NCBI RefSeq assembly: GCF_900187275.1
Contig: NZ_LT906458.1
Span: 1,650,001 to 1,682,000 of the forward strand
Reading direction: 5' to 3'
Length of the DNA stretch: 32,000 bases
From: Pasteurella multocida
GTDB lineage: Bacteria; Pseudomonadota; Gammaproteobacteria; Enterobacterales; Pasteurellaceae
Part shown: piece by piece, positions 27,290 through 32,000 of the stretch
Position numbering within the stretch: the stretch's first letter is position 1
Layout: each line of letters begins with the position of its first letter
Notes under the pieces: generated by a model
The model's input: the letters and a program-made list of their open reading frames with translations, nothing else
What the model was told of the DNA's origin: nothing
Databases searched by the model: none
Translations under genes and position numbers: made by a program

Positions 27290-28693
27290 ATGAAATCCTT
27301 TCTATGCGAAAACTTCTTACTTTCAACAAGAACTGCAGAAAAACTGTATCATGACTATGCAGAAAATATGCCTATTTTTGATTATCATTGCCATCTCAAT
27401 CCCAAAGAAATTGCTGAAAATCGACAATTTAAAGATTTATCAGAAATTTGGTTAGAAGGCGATCACTATAAATGGCGTGCAATGCGAACTGCAGGCATTG
27501 AAGAACACTTCATTACAGGTTCAGCTACTCATTATGAAAAATATTTAGCTTGGGCAAAAACGGTCCCCCTTTGTATTGGTAACCCCATTTATCACTGGAC
27601 ACATTTAGAACTACGTCGTCCGTTTGGCATTCATAGTAAGCTCTTTAATCCTGAAAATGCGGTAACAATTTGGCATGAATGTAATGAAATGTTGCAACAA
27701 CCCGCGTTTTCTGCACGAGGTATTATGCAGCAGATGAATGTCAAACTCGCAGGAACGACGGATGACCCCATTGATTCTTTACACTACCATAAAGTAATTG
27801 CAGAAGATAAAACATTTGATATTGATGTGGTACCAAGTTGGCGACCAGACAAAATTTTTAAAATCGAACTCCCAACATTTAATGATTATATACAACAACT
27901 TGCTGAAGTCGCTGATATTGAAATTACTAATTTTTCAACATTACAACAAGCTATTTTAAAAAGGCTTGATCATTTTGAACAACATGGTTGTAAATCTGCC
28001 GATCATGGTATTGAAATTGTCCGCTTTGCTGACATCCCAACAGAACAAGAACTAGACAAAATCCTACATCACCGTCGCCAACACCAACCATTGACAGAAC
28101 TACAAATTTCGCAATTTAGTACCGCAATCTTAGTTTGGTTAGGACAAGAATATCATAAACGTCAGTGGGTGATGCAATTTCATATTGGTGCGATTCGTAA
28201 TAATAACAGCAGAATGTTTAGACTATTAGGTGCTGATAGTGGTTTTGATTCTATTGGTGATCGTATGTTTGCAGAACCACTTTCAAAACTATTAGATGCA
28301 ATGGATAAAACCAATCAATTACCTAAAACAATTTTATATTGTTTAAATCCTCGTGATAATGAAGTAATTGGTAGTATGATAGGTAATTTCCAAGGTGATG
28401 GCATTGCCGGCAAAATTCAATTTGGCTCAGGTTGGTGGTTTAACGATCAAAAAGATGGCATGGAGCGTCAATTAGAACAACTATCTCAACTGGGATTATT
28501 AAGTCAATTTGTTGGTATGTTGACGGATTCTCGTAGTTTTCTTTCTTATACTCGCCATGAATATTTCCGTCGTATCTTATGTGAAAAATTAGGATGTTGG
28601 GTTGAAAATGGAGAGGCGCCAAATGACCTAACATTGTTAGGTAATATGGTTCAAAATATTTGTTTCAATAATGCAAAACGCTATTTTAAATAA
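27290..28693 (+). CDS. uxaC: Glucuronate (uronate) isomerase
   Basis: 467 aa with typical UxaC sequence ([24 protein letters not shown]). An AAGGAGG RBS precedes it. Confidence 0.96.
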   Translation: MKSFLCENFLLSTRTAEKLYHDYAENMPIFDYHCHLNPKEIAENRQFKDLSEIWLEGDHYKWRAMRTAGIEEHFITGSATHYEKYLAWAKTVPLCIGNPIYHWTHLELRRPFGIHSKLFNPENAVTIWHECNEMLQQPAFSARGIMQQMNVKLAGTTDDPIDSLHYHKVIAEDKTFDIDVVPSWRPDKIFKIELPTFNDYIQQLAEVADIEITNFSTLQQAILKRLDHFEQHGCKSADHGIEIVRFADIPTEQELDKILHHRRQHQPLTELQISQFSTAILVWLGQEYHKRQWVMQFHIGAIRNNNSRMFRLLGADSGFDSIGDRMFAEPLSKLLDAMDKTNQLPKTILYCLNPRDNEVIGSMIGNFQGDGIAGKIQFGSGWWFNDQKDGMERQLEQLSQLGLLSQFVGMLTDSRSFLSYTRHEYFRRILCEKLGCWVENGEAPNDLTLLGNMVQNICFNNAKRYFK

Positions 28694-28702
28694 GGAACAT
28701 CC

Positions 28703-29644
28703 ATGAAAAAAATAGCAATTATTGGTGAATGTATGATTGAGCTAAATGGTGATGCATTTGGTCACATGTACCAAACCTATGGTGGAGATACACTAAATAC
28801 AGCAACTTATTTAACGCGTATTACACCATCAACAGCACTTGAAGTACAGTATATCTCAGTAATGGGAACAGATAAACTTAGCCAACAAATGATTGAGCAT
28901 TGGCAAACTGATGGTATCAATACCAATTGGGTACTGCGTGACCCGAAACGGCACGCAGGTCTCTATTTAATTCAACTAGATACACAAGGTGAGCGAACGT
29001 TTTTATATTGGCGTAATCAATCTGCTGCCCGTTATTTGTTACAACATATTGATATTAAAAAAGTATTTGAAGCACTAATAACTGTAGATATGATTTACTT
29101 AAGTGGCATTTCGTTAGCCATTTTACCTGATAATGACAGAATATCATTGCTTGCAGAATTAACTGTACTTGCAAAACAAGGCGTAAAAATTGCTTTTGAT
29201 AGTAATTACCGTCCTGCACTTTGGGAATCACGAGAAAAAACACAAGAAATTTATACCGCACTTTTACCTATCGTTGATCTAGCATTAGTCACATTCGAGG
29301 ACGAACACGCAATTTGGCAAGATAAAAATGCTATTGATACTATCCATCGTTTAAAACAAATGGGAGTCAAAGACGTCGTCGTCAAACAAGGAAAATCTGG
29401 GGCAATTTTCAGTGATCACCATGGCAATCAATGCGTAGTGCCTACACAAGAAGTCAAAAATATTGTTGATACAACTTCCGCTGGCGATGCGTTTAATGCA
29501 GGTTTCCTTAATGGCTATTTACAAGGTAAACCATTATATACTTGCTGTGAACAAGGTCATCAATTAGCAAGGCTCGTCATCCAGCACCGAGGTGCAATTA
29601 TCGACAAATCTGTGACATCTCATCTAATAAACAAATTCAACTAA
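28703..29644 (+). CDS. kdgK: 2-dehydro-3-deoxygluconokinase
   Basis: 313 aa, PfkB/ribokinase family, with the C-terminal motif DTTSAGDAFNAGF. The pathway context supports the call. Confidence 0.88.
   Translation: MKKIAIIGECMIELNGDAFGHMYQTYGGDTLNTATYLTRITPSTALEVQYISVMGTDKLSQQMIEHWQTDGINTNWVLRDPKRHAGLYLIQLDTQGERTFLYWRNQSAARYLLQHIDIKKVFEALITVDMIYLSGISLAILPDNDRISLLAELTVLAKQGVKIAFDSNYRPALWESREKTQEIYTALLPIVDLALVTFEDEHAIWQDKNAIDTIHRLKQMGVKDVVVKQGKSGAIFSDHHGNQCVVPTQEVKNIVDTTSAGDAFNAGFLNGYLQGKPLYTCCEQGHQLARLVIQHRGAIIDKSVTSHLINKFN
29255..29263 (-). repeat. Uptake signal sequence
   Basis: Exact ACCGCACTT inside kdgK. This is the only perfect USS within the hexuronate block. Confidence 0.8.
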
Positions 29645-29662
29645 TCATATTTAAGGATTTCT

Positions 29663-30301
29663 ATGAAATATAAGACTGCTCAAATTATTGAAAAGTTAAG
29701 AACGATTAAAATTGTGCCAGTTATTGCAGTAGAAGAAGCAGAGGCAATTTTACCCTTAGTAGAGACTTTAGCAAAAAATGGCTTACCTGTTGCAGAGATC
29801 ACTTTTCGCTCTGCAGCAGCAGAACAAGCGATCCGTTTAGTTCGTCAACATTACCCAGATATATTAATTGCGGCAGGTACGGTACTCACATCAGAACAAG
29901 TCATCCAAGCTAAAAATGCAGGTGCTGATTTTATTGTTACACCAGGTTTTAATCCTAACATTGTCAAACTTTGTCAAGCATTACAACTTCCTATTACGCC
30001 AGGTATAAACAATCCAATGTCGATTGAAGCAGCGCTTGAAATGGGCATTACAGCAGTAAAATTCTTTCCAGCCGAAGCTTCTGGTGGCGTAAGAATGATT
30101 AAAGCCTTACTGGGTCCTTATGCACAATTACAAATCATGCCAACAGGGGGAATTAGTTTACATAACATTCAAGAGTATTTAGCAATCCCAAATGTTGTCG
30201 CTTGTGGTGGTTCTTGGTTTGTAGAGAAAAAATTAATTCAAGAGAAAAATTGGGAAGAAATTGGACGTTTAGTTCGTGAAGTTTTAGACAAAATTAAGTA
30301 A
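29663..30301 (+). CDS. eda: KDPG / 4-hydroxy-2-oxoglutarate aldolase
   Basis: 212 aa with Eda-family sequence (EITFRS, VKFFPAE with the Schiff-base Lys region, MPTGGI). Confidence 0.93.
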   Translation: MKYKTAQIIEKLRTIKIVPVIAVEEAEAILPLVETLAKNGLPVAEITFRSAAAEQAIRLVRQHYPDILIAAGTVLTSEQVIQAKNAGADFIVTPGFNPNIVKLCQALQLPITPGINNPMSIEAALEMGITAVKFFPAEASGGVRMIKALLGPYAQLQIMPTGGISLHNIQEYLAIPNVVACGGSWFVEKKLIQEKNWEEIGRLVREVLDKIK

Positions 30302-30315
30302 TGACCCTATCAAAT

Positions 30316-30348
30316 AAAAATGCGAGTAATTAACTCGCATTTTTTGTT
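30316..30348. repeat. Right copy of the 33-nt direct repeat / bidirectional terminator hairpin
   Basis: Identical to 20842-20874. It lies between the eda stop and the proS stop. The flanks show further gapped similarity (tcaaa..t upstream in both copies). Confidence 0.85.
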
Positions 30349-30362
30349 GTCTATTCTTCGAC

Positions 30363-32000
30363 TTAGCTGGCGAATTTCGCCTTTAAGACGTCTAATAATT
30401 GATCTTTGGCAATCATTTCTTTTTCACCAGAACGACGATATTTATATTCAATTTCACCTTTCTCGAGATTTTTCTCACCAATCACGATCATATGTGGCAC
30501 GCCGATCAATTCCATATCCGCAAACATCACACCGGGACGCTCTTTACGATCATCAAAAATCACTTCCACGCCTTGGGCAGTTAAAGTGCGGTATAATTCT
30601 TCCGCAAATTGTTGCACGCTTTCCGATTTATGCATATTCATCGGCACAATCGCCACTTTGAATGGGGCAATATTGTCTGGCCAAATAATGCCACGCTCAT
30701 CATGATGCTGTTCAATCGCAGCCGCAATCACACGAGTGACACCAATCCCATAACAGCCCATAATCATGGTTTGCGGGCGACCATCTTCACCTTGTACAGT
30801 GGCGTTCATTGCCGCAGAATATTTGGTGCCTAATTGGAAAATATGCCCAACCTCGATACCACGTTTGATTTGTAGCACACCTTTACCATCTGGACTTGGA
30901 TCGCCTTCCACTACATTACGCAAATCGGCAATGTGTGGCACAGGTAAATCACGTTCCCAGTTAATACCAAAATAATGTTTGCCATCTTGATTCGCACCGG
31001 CTGAGAAGTTATCCATATTGGCGACGGTGCGATCAATCACAATCGGCATTGGTAAATTGATTGGACCTAGCGACCCCGTCCCTGCACCAACTACTGCACG
31101 GATTTCTTCGTCTGTGGCGAATTGTAATGGGCTTGCCACAATATCGACTTTTTCCGCTTTAATTTCATTCAGTTCGTGATCACCACGTACTAACAAGGCC
31201 ACTAACTTGTGACCACTTTCTTCCGTCGCGTGGACGACTAAGGTTTTGACGGTTTTTTCAATCGGTTGATTAAATTGTTCTACCAATTCCGCAATGGTTT
31301 TTGCATTAGGCGTATCCACGACACGTAATTCTTCTGTTGCCGCACCACGTTCACCTAATGCCACCGCTTCGGCAAGTTCAATGTTTGCGGCAAAATCTGA
31401 CTCGGTGGAAAACACCACATCATCTTCACCACTTTGTGCTAACACTTGGAATTCATGAGATGCACTCCCACCAATTGAACCTGTATCCGCTTGCACTGCG
31501 CGAAAATCTAACCCTAAGCGGTTAAAAATATTCGAATAGGTTTCATACATCACATCATAAGTATTTTGCAAACACTCATGAGTAGTATGGAAAGAGTATG
31601 CATCTTTCATCACAAACTCACGCGAACGCATTACGCCGAAACGCGGACGAACTTCATCACGGAATTTGGTTTGAATATGATATAAATTCAATGGTAACTG
31701 CTTATAAGAACTCAATTCACGGCGCACTAAATCGGTAATCACTTCTTCATTGGTTGGTCCAATCACAAAATCACGCTCGCCACGATCTTTAAAACGCAAT
31801 AACTCCGGACCATACTCTTCCCAACGACCAGACTCTTGCCATAATTCTGCTGGTTGCGTGACCGCCATTTTCACTTCTAACGCACCGCTTTTATCCATTT
31901 CTTCACGGATAATCTTTTCTACTTTATTTAAGACACGCAACCCGGTCGGCAACCAAGTATAGAGCCCCGATGCTAACGGACGAATCATGCCCGCACGTAA
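30363..32000 (-). CDS. proS: Prolyl-tRNA synthetase, 5' end beyond the window (partial)
   Basis: The ORF is open to the window edge. The sequence from ...[16 protein letters not shown] aligns to about residue 31 onward of E. coli ProRS, so the true start lies past 32000. The INS editing domain and class II motifs are present. Confidence 0.95.
   Translation of the reverse strand, partial: LRAGMIRPLASGLYTWLPTGLRVLNKVEKIIREEMDKSGALEVKMAVTQPAELWQESGRWEEYGPELLRFKDRGERDFVIGPTNEEVITDLVRRELSSYKQLPLNLYHIQTKFRDEVRPRFGVMRSREFVMKDAYSFHTTHECLQNTYDVMYETYSNIFNRLGLDFRAVQADTGSIGGSASHEFQVLAQSGEDDVVFSTESDFAANIELAEAVALGERGAATEELRVVDTPNAKTIAELVEQFNQPIEKTVKTLVVHATEESGHKLVALLVRGDHELNEIKAEKVDIVASPLQFATDEEIRAVVGAGTGSLGPINLPMPIVIDRTVANMDNFSAGANQDGKHYFGINWERDLPVPHIADLRNVVEGDPSPDGKGVLQIKRGIEVGHIFQLGTKYSAAMNATVQGEDGRPQTMIMGCYGIGVTRVIAAAIEQHHDERGIIWPDNIAPFKVAIVPMNMHKSESVQQFAEELYRTLTAQGVEVIFDDRKERPGVMFADMELIGVPHMIVIGEKNLEKGEIEYKYRRSGEKEMIAKDQLLDVLKAKFAS
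30584..30592 (+). repeat. Uptake signal sequence
   Basis: Exact AAGTGCGGT inside proS. Confidence 0.8.

Noticed and set aside
20875-30315. I looked for integrase, transposase, IS ends, a tRNA attachment site, CRISPR repeats or defence genes in or beside the hexuronate block, and in the rest of the window.
   Set aside because: Every ORF of 60 aa or more in the block is accounted for by a metabolic, transport or regulatory gene. The only repeat is the 33-nt hairpin pair. The tRNA cluster at 5870-6259 is the housekeeping tuf operon and is not adjacent to either accessory region.
30320-30661. 113-aa plus-strand ORF starting MRVINSHFLL.
   Set aside because: Its ATG lies inside the repeated terminator hairpin (the same MRVIN-encoding sequence occurs at 20846) and the rest is antisense to proS. 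It is an artefact of the repeat.

Overview
This is a chromosomal window from a Pasteurellaceae genome. I found 12 perfect Hin-type uptake signal sequences (AAGTGCGGT), and the synteny matches the family: coaA lies divergent from a thrU-tyrU-glyT-thrT-tuf operon, and pepD lies divergent from gpt. The genus cannot be determined from the sequence alone.

Left third (1-7.6 kb): housekeeping genes. These are a PTS EIICB, ubiA, hslVU with a sigma32-like promoter, coaA, four tRNAs and tuf.

Middle (7.7-18.7 kb): a minus-strand operon for four-carbon acid sugars (ltnD-otnK-otnC-otnI ... denD-gntP) with a divergent DeoR regulator. Two unexpected genes sit between otnI and denD. One is a cyclase-family metal hydrolase. 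The other is a 599-aa protein joining an alpha/beta serine hydrolase domain to an 8-helix membrane module. A secreted two-domain alpha/beta esterase follows gntP. This hydrolase-decorated tetronate operon is my best candidate for an undescribed system, possibly a front-end that releases threonate or erythronate from esterified or lactonised precursors.

Right third (20.8-30.3 kb): a 9.4-kb glucuronate/fructuronate utilisation block. It holds uxuA, a GntR/UxuR-like regulator, TRAP dctP, dctQ, dctM, an SDR-type uxuB, uxaC, kdgK and eda. It lies between the convergent genes gpt and proS and is bracketed by two identical 33-nt copies of a terminator hairpin. Its TRAP binding-protein gene is frameshifted. 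Its divergent control region has a CRP - palindromic operator - CRP layout.

I saw no transposase, integrase, CRISPR array or recognisable defence gene. All homology calls come from reading the translated ORFs; no database search was run.
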